A stretch of 64,000 nucleotides of DNA from an uncultured virus (IMG/VR IMGVR_UViG_3300032087_004917). Taxonomy: Duplodnaviria; Heunggongvirae; Uroviricota; Caudoviricetes. The notes beneath the pieces were generated by a model, which saw only the letters and a program-made list of their open reading frames with translations, was not told the origin of the DNA and ran no database searches. The stretch lies in IMG/VR virus record IMGVR_UViG_3300032087_004917; one strand, 5' to 3'. Made by a program: the position numbers and the translations under genes. This document shows positions 44,213-53,922 of the stretch, piece by piece; position 1 is the first letter of the stretch, and each line of letters opens with the position of its first letter.

Positions 44213-45056
44213 TCTCAAACTGCCTTTCATTTTCAATCATTTCATGCACAACACGATGTGGCATGTTGTTGTATTTCATAGCACGATCAAAGTTGTCTTT
44301 TACATGAGGTAGCATTTCTTGGTAGAGATCCTCATTTAGACTATTTAGGATGTCATCAAGAATGTCCCCCTCTTTCAGAAAAAGCATACCATCCGTGTTA
44401 AACTTGTCGCCGATGCAAGGATCGCCAACATAGATTGGAACTGTTCCCGTTCTATAGCAATCCAAAATCTTTTCAGTGTGCCAGCCGGGAATCACTGCAT
44501 TTTCAATCACGATACAAAATCTATGTGAAGCAAGAGCGTCCACTTTGTTGTCGATCTCATTGTATCCGCGACCAAACACATGAAGAGTATCTGTGCCTTT
44601 ATAGTGTTCTGCAATTTGAACTCTTGTTTCCTGCACGGGAGTAAATGCTTTGTTTGATGTTATGAAACACACACTATCTGTTTTATCATAAATTTTTGAA
44701 TCTTCATCACCCACCCAAGACGGAAATGGAGGATCTGTTATGATGGCATTATCAAACTCTGCAAATCTTTTATCCCATGTATAAATTCGTTTAGATTTCA
44801 ATGCATTTTGTTTGATGTGATTAATTAATACACTTTCAAAGTTGACATTAGCATTCTGATCAAACATCATTTCACCATAGTGATTAAGCACCGGCATACT
44901 TTCAGTGAGCCACGCGACAGAATTTTCTGCCTCGGGATTTTCGTTATTCAATAAGATAGATGCGTCGATTAGGATATTACGATCCATTGGATCGTCAGCA
45001 TATTTTTCAAAAATAGGCAAAAAAGATTGATCGAATCTATTGAATGCTTTAATCAT
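44205..45056 (-). CDS. GT10-like fucosyltransferase
   Basis: RFCIVIEN....WHTEKILDC...GTVPIY.G alpha-1,3-FucT-like motif. Confidence 0.8.
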   Translation of the reverse strand: MIKAFNRFDQSFLPIFEKYADDPMDRNILIDASILLNNENPEAENSVAWLTESMPVLNHYGEMMFDQNANVNFESVLINHIKQNALKSKRIYTWDKRFAEFDNAIITDPPFPSWVGDEDSKIYDKTDSVCFITSNKAFTPVQETRVQIAEHYKGTDTLHVFGRGYNEIDNKVDALASHRFCIVIENAVIPGWHTEKILDCYRTGTVPIYVGDPCIGDKFNTDGMLFLKEGDILDDILNSLNEDLYQEMLPHVKDNFDRAMKYNNMPHRVVHEMIENERQFESE

Positions 45057-45820
45057 TTTCTAATCCATCCTTCACAGTATACGTCCTCCCACTCAGTCGG
45101 TCCTTGCTCTCCGGTGAACCATTGCTTTGGTGCAATAGTCTCTCCTTGCCCCAACCATGATCCCCACCAACTGAAACTACTATTGGCGATTACATGAGCA
45201 TTACACATTGTCATCACACACATATCAACATATTCAGATTCACTCTCCACAAAAACAGCGTCTTGAACATTTGAAAACTCATCTTTACACCAATCGATAT
45301 CATCAGAGATAAAAACTGGCGTGTAACCCTCAAAATGATCAAGGGAATTTTTATAATACTCAGCCCCCAAATTAGTATGAATGTGAGAAAGATTAACGTA
45401 GTCGCCTCTCCTTACATGGACAGAAACACAAACATTTTGTGGGAGAATAGCAGCAGCCTTTTCTCTTATTTCTTTCTTGAAAAAGAATTCTTGTCTTATT
45501 TCATTTTCAATGTGCTTAAAGTATTTTTCAGATTGATAGTAACCATGAAGATTTACATTATCGGGAAGATCATAATCAACGGGGATTTCTTCAAGAGTTG
45601 TTTCATGAAGCCCACCCTTTGTGTCCTCACATGATAATTCAAAACAGTCTAAAAGTTGTAGTCTTTCTTTATGAATTGAAAAACCACCGTAAACATTTGA
45701 GTGATTAAAACAAATACCATATTGATAGTCATGTTTTTTAGCGAATCCCATGAGGGCTGCATACTGAAACATTTGGTTGCCCAACCTACCCCAATATCCT
45801 AAAAGCGGAAAGGTAATCAA
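45053..45820 (-). CDS. GT11 alpha-1,2-fucosyltransferase (second copy)
   Basis: GRLGNQMFQYA, GYYQSEKYF, HVRRGDY, ANSSFSWWG. Confidence 0.93.
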   Translation of the reverse strand: MITFPLLGYWGRLGNQMFQYAALMGFAKKHDYQYGICFNHSNVYGGFSIHKERLQLLDCFELSCEDTKGGLHETTLEEIPVDYDLPDNVNLHGYYQSEKYFKHIENEIRQEFFFKKEIREKAAAILPQNVCVSVHVRRGDYVNLSHIHTNLGAEYYKNSLDHFEGYTPVFISDDIDWCKDEFSNVQDAVFVESESEYVDMCVMTMCNAHVIANSSFSWWGSWLGQGETIAPKQWFTGEQGPTEWEDVYCEGWIRK

Positions 45821-46482
45821 TTAATCGTTCCTAGACTAAATGGTTTTTTTGTTCTAAGTGGAGTTTTTGTAAGATGCTCCCACTTGTTTACGGTGTTTTT
45901 TGAATCGGCTTGATAAAAGAATGGAATCTTTGGGGCGTATACCACGCAATGTGGTTGTAGATCATACGCAACGCCCACATCAAACGGTCGATTAATTTCG
46001 TATATCCATCTCTTACCCACATCGACCATTCCCTGAGCAAACTTTTCGGAAAGGTGTAGAATGGCGTGTGTGGAAAAAACTCTTTGAATTTTTGTCCAAC
46101 CGTTTCTTAAATCGATAGCCTCATAGTTTCCGTCACCGTGTGACGTTCCTAAATAAACCGCGTCGGCATCATCGGGGATTGGTAGATTATCTTGAAAGAC
46201 ACCAGCGTTGATTTCAACATCATCCTCAAGAATCAGGACTGGCTTACCATCTTTAAGAATAGTTTCCTCTAGAATTTTGAAGTGAGACTCTGCACAATTA
46301 CGGTAGTGTTCCTCGCCACGGATAACACCCTCATGAGGCTCGATACCTGTAACGGCTGAAAATCTCTGATGGTCGGTAAACTCTTTTGCTTCAAAAAGTT
46401 TGACCATTTCTTTTGCTTTTTGTTCGTCTTTATCGACGTTAATCCAACGAGTTCTTACATTACGAATATCCAGTTGCATCAC
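45817..46482 (-). CDS. GT25-like glycosyltransferase
   Basis: WIN..., RFSA, CAESH, LILEDD, THAI. Confidence 0.75.
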   Translation of the reverse strand: MMQLDIRNVRTRWINVDKDEQKAKEMVKLFEAKEFTDHQRFSAVTGIEPHEGVIRGEEHYRNCAESHFKILEETILKDGKPVLILEDDVEINAGVFQDNLPIPDDADAVYLGTSHGDGNYEAIDLRNGWTKIQRVFSTHAILHLSEKFAQGMVDVGKRWIYEINRPFDVGVAYDLQPHCVVYAPKIPFFYQADSKNTVNKWEHLTKTPLRTKKPFSLGTIN

Positions 46483-46489
46483 AAACCTT

Positions 46490-46927
46490 TCACGCCAAGT
46501 TTCGAATCTCCCTCAACTCTTGGAAATTCTTATTTTTAGTTCCACCATCATACTCCCACGCATAGCCCTCTGCAATCATTTTTTCATTAATCGATACAGT
46601 TTCATCGCCGATGTAAAGCCAGCCGAGAAGTCTACCGTATTTACCAAAGCCACCATCAAGTTCAGTTCGAATCACCAAGTCATCCTCACCAGAGATAGCA
46701 GAGTCCAGTTGATCTTTGAGCCAGTTTGTGGCATCAATACCCAGTTTCTTTTCTTCAAGATCTCTAGTTCTTTTTTCAGGTGTGTCTACGCCAGCGATAC
46801 GAACACGCTCCTTTTTATACAAGTCAAACCCCAAGTCAATCACAACATCAATCGTGTCACCATCAATAACACGGGCTACCTCTGTGACTCTGAAATTGTA
46901 ACACGATTTTCTGCTCGGTGGTTTCAT
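46490..46927 (-). CDS. thermonuclease (SNase-like)
   Basis: VIDGDT, RVRIAGVDTPE, GKYGRLLG, GYA. Confidence 0.9.
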   Translation of the reverse strand: MKPPSRKSCYNFRVTEVARVIDGDTIDVVIDLGFDLYKKERVRIAGVDTPEKRTRDLEEKKLGIDATNWLKDQLDSAISGEDDLVIRTELDGGFGKYGRLLGWLYIGDETVSINEKMIAEGYAWEYDGGTKNKNFQELREIRNLA

Positions 46928-47343
46928 TCTTCTTCCTTTGCTGGCTTTTTACCAATGTGGTATTTAGGGATCAGTTCCCACTCGTTTTTGTTTTTATGGG
47001 ATAGAATTTTGATTCGTCGAAGTGATGTTACAGGATCGTCACATGAGGACGGTTCTACAATTTCACAGAGTCCCCACTCTGAAAGAAGACCCACGATTGC
47101 ATTTCGTCTGCCAACATCCTCTTCGCACATTTTTGATGGAAGACCATCAAGGGCAAAAAGTTCTTTGAAATGTGTGATGTAATATTTTCCTCTTTTATGT
47201 AAAATATGGCAAGACTGATAAAGTTTATTGCCTACTCTAGAGGACACACCGATTCTCGTTAATGTTTCTTTGATTTTTAGGAAGTCTTGAGGGTCAGAAA
47301 GACGCACCTCGACCAGACTCTCCACTATTTTATCTGTGTCCAT
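46924..47343 (-). CDS. regA: RegA translational repressor
   Basis: DFLKIKETLTRIG..LYQSCHILHKRGKYYITHFKEL. Confidence 0.95.
   Translation of the reverse strand: MDTDKIVESLVEVRLSDPQDFLKIKETLTRIGVSSRVGNKLYQSCHILHKRGKYYITHFKELFALDGLPSKMCEEDVGRRNAIVGLLSEWGLCEIVEPSSCDDPVTSLRRIKILSHKNKNEWELIPKYHIGKKPAKEEE
46961..46968 (-). promoter_or_regulatory. late promoter CCTAAATA upstream of the SNase gene and glycan island
   Basis: TAAATA core inside the regA 3' end. Confidence 0.5.
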
Positions 47344-47387
47344 TTCAACTCCATAATACTAATGACAGATCACATCGCTGTCACAAG

Positions 47388-47395
47388 TATTTAGG
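47388..47395 (-). promoter_or_regulatory. late promoter CCTAAATA upstream of regA
   Basis: TAAATA core overlapping the gp62 stop codon. Confidence 0.6.
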
Positions 47396-47768
47396 AGACA
47401 GTCATTTTCAGAATATTCTCATGGATTTCATCAATTTGTTCGTCTGAAAGAACAGCGATAATCTCCAATGCCTTTTTTGACCCACAATTGTAAAATAATT
47501 TTATTGAATCGAGTCGAGGATCGGTTTCATTTTTTAGCCATTTGCTAAATCGCTTGCGTTTTCGAACAGAGTGTCGAAGATAATCAAACTGCATCTTTTT
47601 TTCTGCATTCGGCAACATATTCATTTCGTTCGCCTGCATGATCGTATCAGGAAAGTATGACAGACAACGATTCACCACAAAAGGGACATACTTTTTTTCA
47701 GCATGTTCATCAACAAGGAGATCGTCCTTGGAGTGATTAATCGCGTTCAAATACTCAGATAGTTTCAT
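47391..47768 (-). CDS. gp62: clamp loader small subunit (T4 gp62)
   Basis: YLNAIN..Y.PFVVNRCLS..D...ANEMN..RKRKRFSKW; synteny. Confidence 0.9.
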   Translation of the reverse strand: MKLSEYLNAINHSKDDLLVDEHAEKKYVPFVVNRCLSYFPDTIMQANEMNMLPNAEKKMQFDYLRHSVRKRKRFSKWLKNETDPRLDSIKLFYNCGSKKALEIIAVLSDEQIDEIHENILKMTVS

Positions 47769-48612
47769 TTGCCTTTACCGCCGAGGCGTTCTTTGCCCAG
47801 TCCCAGTTGTTTCTGTATTGCATATTGTCCTTCCAGACAGATTCCAAAATACTAGGAGACACACCATGATCTTGCAAACTTTTAATCATCGCGTTTACGT
47901 CCTTTGGAAAACATGTGCCACCAAATCCATAGTCTCCGTCAGGACCGGGAACAGCCGTGTGTGATTTGCTGATTCTAGGATCAGACAAGACTCCCTCAAG
48001 AACACGATTGTAGTCCAAACCCAACTTTTCGCCAAGCATAAAAATCATATTGAAAAAACCAACTTTAGTCGCAAGGAAACAGTTAGCCGTATACTTCACC
48101 ATCTCTGACTCACATGATGTCATGGTATAAACGGGAATGTCGGGAAAAACTCTCAAGAACAGTTTTTTTGCCATTTCGGAATATTTTTCTTCAATGTTAT
48201 CTCTAAGATATGGTGATCCAATCACAGTCCTATCAGCGTTCACAAAATCATGCTTTGCATTTGCAGCGGTCAAGAACTCAGGACAGTGAACTAAGTTTCT
48301 CAAACGAAACTTTTTAGCCAGTCTTTTAGTCGTGCCAACCGGAACGGTAGACTTGAGCAGGATTACTTGATCTTTGTTTTGATATAATCTTTCCAAGCAC
48401 TCTTCAACAATGCTGGTGTTTGCCTCACCACCAGTTTCACTTACCATCGGTGTGGGCAGGCAAATGAAAAGATATTTACAGTTTGCAACCTCATCAAAAC
48501 TGTGTGTGGATGCGTCAGGATTGATATCATAGATCAAGGGTTTTTGATCACGGAAACCATAAGCCACCGCTCCACCAACAAAACCATTTCCAATAATTCC
48601 AATGTCACTCAT
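47755..48612 (-). CDS. UDP-glucose/GDP-mannose 6-dehydrogenase family (short form)
   Basis: GNGFVG, CLPTP, KSTVPVGT, PEFL, EMVKY..N, GFGGTCFPKD. Confidence 0.9.
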   Translation of the reverse strand: MSDIGIIGNGFVGGAVAYGFRDQKPLIYDINPDASTHSFDEVANCKYLFICLPTPMVSETGGEANTSIVEECLERLYQNKDQVILLKSTVPVGTTKRLAKKFRLRNLVHCPEFLTAANAKHDFVNADRTVIGSPYLRDNIEEKYSEMAKKLFLRVFPDIPVYTMTSCESEMVKYTANCFLATKVGFFNMIFMLGEKLGLDYNRVLEGVLSDPRISKSHTAVPGPDGDYGFGGTCFPKDVNAMIKSLQDHGVSPSILESVWKDNMQYRNNWDWAKNASAVKANETI

Positions 48613-49559
48613 TCAACACACTCTCTTTTCATTGACTCGTAGATACTATCATCATAGCCGCCACCAGTCCACATCTTTTTACCTTCATTCACACCAGTAA
48701 GTTCTGAGTAAACTGCTTCGTCAGGACAAGAAACCTCTTCATCAAATAAAAGTTTTGAGTAAAGTGACCATCTTCCCAAAGCCCATTTGAGGTATCCTAA
48801 ATTATGATTTACCAGTGGAGAGGATCTACCTTTTTCGAAAGCAAGACCACTGCCTACGCCAGCAAAATGAACGATTTTGTTTCCGACGTTAAAGTGAACA
48901 TTATTTTCAAATCCGTTGTCTAAAGACCCTTCGTGGGTTGTGCTGCCCCAATCCTTTTCACAAAGATATTTTACTTTTCCTCCTGCGTCAATGATAGAGA
49001 AAGTGACTGGATCAAAAAAGTCAAGAACTTCTCTGCCTGTTGGATCAACTCGTCCGTGACACATTTGTATAAAAAGTGAAAACTCTTGTTCTGGAATCTT
49101 TGTTGAATCCACACCAAAGGCGTAAGTTGAAATGGCATCAGGATGATTAGCATACTGTTTGTGACCACCTAAATTATGTTTATAGGCTCTCATCGGACCT
49201 GCGGCAGCATAACCATTATTTAAATGTTCGACGATTTCATCAATGCAGTTTTGTTTAAACAAAACGTCAGAGTCAAAGTGAATTATCTTTTTACCTGCAC
49301 CCCAAAATCGAATGGCAGAGGCAAACGCAAGAGCCGTTCCTGCATGACCATGCTCCCAAAATCTATTGAAGTTTTGATCATCGGTGACATCAATCACCAC
49401 GACCTTTGGATTCTCCAAGACAGATCCCGCCTCTTCGATATCCTTTTTTGACATTACAATATGGATTGTTTCGTCGTGGTGTTGGAAGTATGAATCTAAA
49501 AATGGGATCAGTAGTCTACCACAATTGAAAGCCTCGGTAAAAACAAAGAGGTCGCTCAT
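48609..49559 (-). CDS. putative GT-A glycosyltransferase
   Basis: HFDSDVLF DxD motif, late HFAG; sugar-gene context. Confidence 0.55.
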   Translation of the reverse strand: MSDLFVFTEAFNCGRLLIPFLDSYFQHHDETIHIVMSKKDIEEAGSVLENPKVVVIDVTDDQNFNRFWEHGHAGTALAFASAIRFWGAGKKIIHFDSDVLFKQNCIDEIVEHLNNGYAAAGPMRAYKHNLGGHKQYANHPDAISTYAFGVDSTKIPEQEFSLFIQMCHGRVDPTGREVLDFFDPVTFSIIDAGGKVKYLCEKDWGSTTHEGSLDNGFENNVHFNVGNKIVHFAGVGSGLAFEKGRSSPLVNHNLGYLKWALGRWSLYSKLLFDEEVSCPDEAVYSELTGVNEGKKMWTGGGYDDSIYESMKRECVE

Positions 49560-50497
49560 TTAAACATCGCCTCCATCATGATCTCGGTTAGACATGCCAT
49601 CATGTTGATCTCTGAATCAGCGACGAAAGCAGCCTTGTATTGATAGTTTGCCAAAATCAAGATGACCGCAGGGACAGACTGGGGCTTCAAGTAATCACTC
49701 AAGCCGTCATAAATTTTTCGATAGATTTCAGACTCATCATTGTTTGAGTTATCCACTACCCATCGACGCAACTTCGTGAACTCTTTGTTCTTCAAAATTT
49801 CCATCAAGGAATGAACACCCACATCACCAATCTCAGACAAGATGCCCGTATCGATGATTCCAGTCGCAGAATATCTCTGACACTCATTCAAGATTCGTCG
49901 CCAGTCGGGGCTGTGACGCATGATCAGTCTTGCGATAACTCTACCATCATACTCCACATTTTCGTCCGTTAGGATTTTCTCAAGTCTTTGCAAAAACTTG
50001 GAACCCATTTTCATTTGCTCTTCTTTGCTAAACTTGAAGTCAATACAAGTGCATCGGGAGTGTAGAGGCTCAATGATTCTGTTCTTAAAATTACAAGTCA
50101 GGACAAATCTACAGGTTGCAGAAAACTCTTCGATAAACCCACGAAGTGCTGGCTGAAAACTATTTGCGTTGGCATAGTCAAACTCATCAAGGATCACCAC
50201 CTTTTTCCCTGCAATCAACGATTGTGTTGAGGCAAAGTCACGAATCCTTGTTCGTAGAGTGTCGATGTTGCCATCCTCCGAGCAGTTGATTTTGATGGAA
50301 TCGATACCCATCTCCTCACACATCGCCAGTGCCGCAGTCGTTTTTCCACAACCCGGACCACCAGATAGCATAAGATTTTGCATCTCACCAGAGTCAACAA
50401 TCGCTTGTAGTGTCTCCTTCAATTCCGGCGGCAAAATACAATCTTTGATTGTTTTTGGGCGATACTTTTCCACCCAAAGATATTGTTCTTTCATCAT
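49556..50497 (-). CDS. gp44: clamp loader large subunit (T4 gp44)
   Basis: WVEKYRP, GGPGCGKT, LDEFD, PLHSRC. Confidence 0.96.
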   Translation of the reverse strand: MMKEQYLWVEKYRPKTIKDCILPPELKETLQAIVDSGEMQNLMLSGGPGCGKTTAALAMCEEMGIDSIKINCSEDGNIDTLRTRIRDFASTQSLIAGKKVVILDEFDYANANSFQPALRGFIEEFSATCRFVLTCNFKNRIIEPLHSRCTCIDFKFSKEEQMKMGSKFLQRLEKILTDENVEYDGRVIARLIMRHSPDWRRILNECQRYSATGIIDTGILSEIGDVGVHSLMEILKNKEFTKLRRWVVDNSNNDESEIYRKIYDGLSDYLKPQSVPAVILILANYQYKAAFVADSEINMMACLTEIMMEAMFK

Positions 50498-51204
50498 AAC
50501 AGTCCATTGTAAACAGAGTCACTGGTCACGGCAAGAATATAATTTGCCTCAATATCGGCGTGATTCATCTGAATCGCCAGAGTTTCATGGAGCAAGATTT
50601 CGTAGTCGCCCGGAAGAATCTTCAAGTTTTCTGATTTGATAAAAATCTTGAAGTTACAATTTTGCAACATTTCTTTCGGAGTCACTTCAATTTCATACTT
50701 GTTGGTCGTGTTTGCCTTCTCCTTATCAAATGCCACGATCTTCACCACGCCCTCGTCATTGGTAAACATGATGTCTGGGAGTTGAAGGACGGCAGAGGCT
50801 CTCAGAAGATCTGTGAGTTCTTGCTGTGGCAGATCAAAGGCAACCTTGACCTCTGGCATGGAGAGTTTAGAGGGGGGTCTACAGCCGTCTACGAGCCTCG
50901 TATCAGCATAGTGGTATTTACAAGACTGGCGACCGGACGTAATCACACAATGATTTTCACCAAACACCACTTCTGCATCACTCAGGAGCGAATATGTGGA
51001 CAAAAATTGATTCAAATCATAGATTGCAAATTCTGTCGGGAAAGTTTCGTCAACTTTTGCTGTGAACATGATGTTTTTCTGTGGGGAAACTGTCACAAGT
51101 TCATTTCCCGGCATCACATGAACATTTGAGTTGATGCCTGCCATGCTTTTCAGAATGGCAACAGTTTGTTTTGTCAAATTCAATCCTTTATCCGTGATCG
51201 TCAT
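50494..51204 (-). CDS. gp45: sliding clamp (T4 gp45)
   Basis: T.AILK..AGIN, FAIYDLNQFL, ENLKILPGDY. Confidence 0.93.
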   Translation of the reverse strand: MTITDKGLNLTKQTVAILKSMAGINSNVHVMPGNELVTVSPQKNIMFTAKVDETFPTEFAIYDLNQFLSTYSLLSDAEVVFGENHCVITSGRQSCKYHYADTRLVDGCRPPSKLSMPEVKVAFDLPQQELTDLLRASAVLQLPDIMFTNDEGVVKIVAFDKEKANTTNKYEIEVTPKEMLQNCNFKIFIKSENLKILPGDYEILLHETLAIQMNHADIEANYILAVTSDSVYNGLL

Positions 51205-51370
51205 AATATTCCTCTAAGTCTTCGGCTTTGATTTTGCCTGAGTTGATGTTTCGAATCATTTGTTGATCGGTGTTTCTCATTGATCGTTTAGCACTAAATT
51301 TTTCTCCACGATCCCGACCACCAAAGTTTTTACGGTCATTGTTTCTTTTATTGTGCTTCTTCTTTTTCAT
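51188..51370 (-). CDS. small basic hypothetical protein
   Basis: Coupled overlaps on both sides. Confidence 0.55.
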   Translation of the reverse strand: MKKKKHNKRNNDRKNFGGRDRGEKFSAKRSMRNTDQQMIRNINSGKIKAEDLEEYYDDHG

Positions 51371-51749
51371 CTTTCGCTAACTTTCTAATATTCTCCTTCA
51401 AATCCTGAAAATCAGGTTGTGTGTCAGTATACACCGATAGGCAAGAGTTCACAAGGGCATCTAGCACACTTACGATACTTTTTCTTTTTTCGGTGGATAG
51501 GAAAGAATATTTTTTTTCTAATTCTTCATTTCCCTCAATCAAGTCATGCATTTCATTGAATGGTTGGGAAAAAGCAGAACAAACCATTTCACATTCTTTT
51601 TCTGTAATATCTCTTTTTTTAATAATTGATTCAAAGTCTGGCATCACAAATTCTTCATCATTTAGAATCCTCTGGTAAGCAGACTCAATATTCTCAGAAA
51701 TTTCTTCAATCAAATCAATGAGATATACTTCTCTTTGTTTTTCATTCAT
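51348..51749 (-). CDS. acidic hypothetical protein
   Basis: TAATG coupling to galE. Confidence 0.6.
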   Translation of the reverse strand: MNEKQREVYLIDLIEEISENIESAYQRILNDEEFVMPDFESIIKKRDITEKECEMVCSAFSQPFNEMHDLIEGNEELEKKYSFLSTEKRKSIVSVLDALVNSCLSVYTDTQPDFQDLKENIRKLAKDEKEEAQ

Positions 51750-52765
51750 TACTTAACCTTTTTGTATGCTTTGTATGCGGTCATTACAATTTCATCAAGA
51801 CTGTAAATAGGTTCCCAGCCTGTGGCTTCCCTAAACCTTGTCGAGTCTGCCAAAAGAATAGGCGGATCTCCTTTTCTTGCTCGCCCGTTCAAAATTTCCA
51901 TCTCAAACTCTGTGATACTTACGGCGGCTTTTACGACATCCCACACTGACGATCCTTTTGATGAACCTAAGTTGTAAGTTCCGATGATCTTCTCCTCTTT
52001 CAAGGCAATCATATGAGCGGATGCAATATCATATGGATGAACATAATCTCTAACACACGAACCATCTTTCGTGTCGTAATTAGTTCCGTACACCTCAAAA
52101 TCATTTTTTTCATCAATCACGCTGGCGAACAATTTTGGAACCAAGTTATGTTTTTTTCTCCATCTAACGTCTTGGATTTTGTTTCCAATATCGTTACCAG
52201 CGACGTTGAAAAATCTAAACGAAACATATCTAAAATTTGGATTCCGAAGCGAGTGCTTTCGAAGAATGGTTTCAACCATCAACTTTGATTCGCCGTACGG
52301 GCTGATAGGTCGGCAGGGTGTTTGCTCAGTCAGTTCAAGAATGTCCGCTTCTTTTGTGGTTCCGTAAACGGCAGCGGATGAAGAGAAGACAAACAAATTG
52401 ATATTGTGTTTTCTCATTCGTTCTAAAAGGATAAGAGTTTTGCCTACGTTGTTTTCATAATATTTCAACGGGTTGTCCATGGACTCTGGAACAGAGATAT
52501 CAGCGGCACAATGAACGACGGCTTTGACATCGTTGTTTGTCATGATGCCATCCATATACACATCGTTTGAAATATCAGCGTTATAGACCTTAAGTTTTTT
52601 TCTTCGACTCAAACACTTTTGCAGATGTTTACACGCAGTGTCATCTCTATCAACGACGATCACTTCATGTCCAGAGTCAAGCAAGGAAAGTGTAATATGG
52701 CTACCAATATATCCTGCACCACCAGTAACCAAAACGGTATCACCTTTGTTTAGTTTCATTGCCAC
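51749..52765 (-). CDS. galE: UDP-glucose 4-epimerase
   Basis: TGGAGYIGSH, V.ES...PLKYY.NN, FSSSAAVYG, PYGESK, DGSCVRDY, RKGDP. Confidence 0.93.
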   Translation of the reverse strand: MAMKLNKGDTVLVTGGAGYIGSHITLSLLDSGHEVIVVDRDDTACKHLQKCLSRRKKLKVYNADISNDVYMDGIMTNNDVKAVVHCAADISVPESMDNPLKYYENNVGKTLILLERMRKHNINLFVFSSSAAVYGTTKEADILELTEQTPCRPISPYGESKLMVETILRKHSLRNPNFRYVSFRFFNVAGNDIGNKIQDVRWRKKHNLVPKLFASVIDEKNDFEVYGTNYDTKDGSCVRDYVHPYDIASAHMIALKEEKIIGTYNLGSSKGSSVWDVVKAAVSITEFEMEILNGRARKGDPPILLADSTRFREATGWEPIYSLDEIVMTAYKAYKKVK

Positions 52766-53289
52766 CAGTCCGGCACTTCACGGTTTTTCCATTTTGCGAA
52801 GTAAGCCTTTTCTCCTCTGTAGTAGTTTCGATAAGATTCGACAGGACACTCTACCTTATATTGATCCGGCATTGCAATAGCAAACTTTGTTTGTTCTTTC
52901 GAAGCAATATTGATAGGCTCACGATTAAAAAGATATTCAATCAGTGGTTGTGCTTTGTGCGTTTTTTCGTATCGGTGTGTGTATTCTCGACACAATGCCA
53001 GAGCGTGTGTCGCGTGCCATCGATAGTTCATGCGACTTTCCATCGTCCAGCGTGTGCATGGGTGATTGACAAACGATGCTTTCCAAAGTTTATCCTCACG
53101 TTCATCACTCAAACTCCATCGCTTGATTCGCCGTCCATTTTTAGTTTTATCGTAGTATTCGTCGCCGTCAAGAACACGATGGGAAGTGGATAGCATTTGA
53201 CCCGCTTCCAGAATCATTTTGACAACGTGCTTGTCCACCATTTGGTGTGCGGCACGAATGGGATGTTCGTCTACTGCGAAAATGTTCAT
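52756..53289 (-). CDS. pyrimidine-dimer DNA glycosylase/endonuclease V-like protein
   Basis: MNIF..DKHVVKMILE..QMLST..NHPC..AMPD..YRNYY. Confidence 0.8.
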   Translation of the reverse strand: MNIFAVDEHPIRAAHQMVDKHVVKMILEAGQMLSTSHRVLDGDEYYDKTKNGRRIKRWSLSDEREDKLWKASFVNHPCTRWTMESRMNYRWHATHALALCREYTHRYEKTHKAQPLIEYLFNREPINIASKEQTKFAIAMPDQYKVECPVESYRNYYRGEKAYFAKWKNREVPDWWQ

Positions 53290-53295
53290 AGAAGC

Positions 53296-53323
53296 ACTCT
53301 ACCATTCGTTTCCTTCCTGTCAA
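53296..53323 (-). promoter_or_regulatory. sigma70-type promoter TTGACA-N16-TAGAGT-N6-ATG (leaderless)
   Basis: -35 at 53318-53323, -10 at 53296-53301, ATG at 53289. Confidence 0.7.
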
Positions 53324-53922
53324 GGGTTTTCCACCCGAACACCTTTAGGATTTCCTAAAATAATCTTAAGAAGTTTTTTACCGCCAATGTTTCTTGTATA
53401 CCACCCTGTATAGTTTGGATATTTACCATCAGGATGTTTACCAATAAACGTAAATGATTTGCCCGGAAGAAGTTTTTGAATACTTTCCTCATCTCCGACA
53501 AACGGAACATTTTTTCTAGTCATGAGAACATGAGCGAGAGCGTCACTGGCTTCTGCGTAGTTACCGGGAGTTTTCATCAACTTACCAAGTTTATTGATAA
53601 GAAATGCTTTTGCCGGTTCAGACCCATCGGACGCTGCACCAGTAAGTTTGTAGTTTCCTGCTTTAGTCTTACCAAACGTAGTGATGTCTGCGTCTGGGTC
53701 TTTGTCCACATTAGCGGCGAACCAGTCTGTGTGATTATCAGGAAGATCGGTTGACTTTTTAAAGTCTGGATAGCCTCCGATGTTTCTGTATGTTTTATCG
53801 ATCATGTTAAAGATATCATTTGTGATATCGTTGTTTTGTCCAAGCACGTTTGTAGGGATCTTGACAAACTTTCTGTTTGGTAGTGTGATCTCTTCATTTA
53901 CAAACTGTTTAAAAGATTTCAT
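53320..53922 (-). CDS. putative internal head protein
   Basis: MKSFKQFVNEE leader; CATAAATA late promoter at 53944-53951. Confidence 0.75.
   Translation of the reverse strand: MKSFKQFVNEEITLPNRKFVKIPTNVLGQNNDITNDIFNMIDKTYRNIGGYPDFKKSTDLPDNHTDWFAANVDKDPDADITTFGKTKAGNYKLTGAASDGSEPAKAFLINKLGKLMKTPGNYAEASDALAHVLMTRKNVPFVGDEESIQKLLPGKSFTFIGKHPDGKYPNYTGWYTRNIGGKKLLKIILGNPKGVRVENP

Noticed and set aside
26948..46482. Glycan island as a DNA hypermodification system
   Set aside because: No dCMP/dUMP hydroxymethylase or TET/JBP in the window; the GT families are surface-glycan types; strong restriction-site avoidance suggests unprotected DNA. Not fully excluded for 48609-49559
46400..47182. 260-aa plus-strand ORF
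   Set aside because: Antisense to regA and the SNase gene; no motifs or SD
47363..47383. TGACAG/CTGTCA inverted repeat upstream of regA as a pho box or operator
   Set aside because: Single short inverted repeat, not a direct repeat; more likely a 5' UTR hairpin; too little evidence
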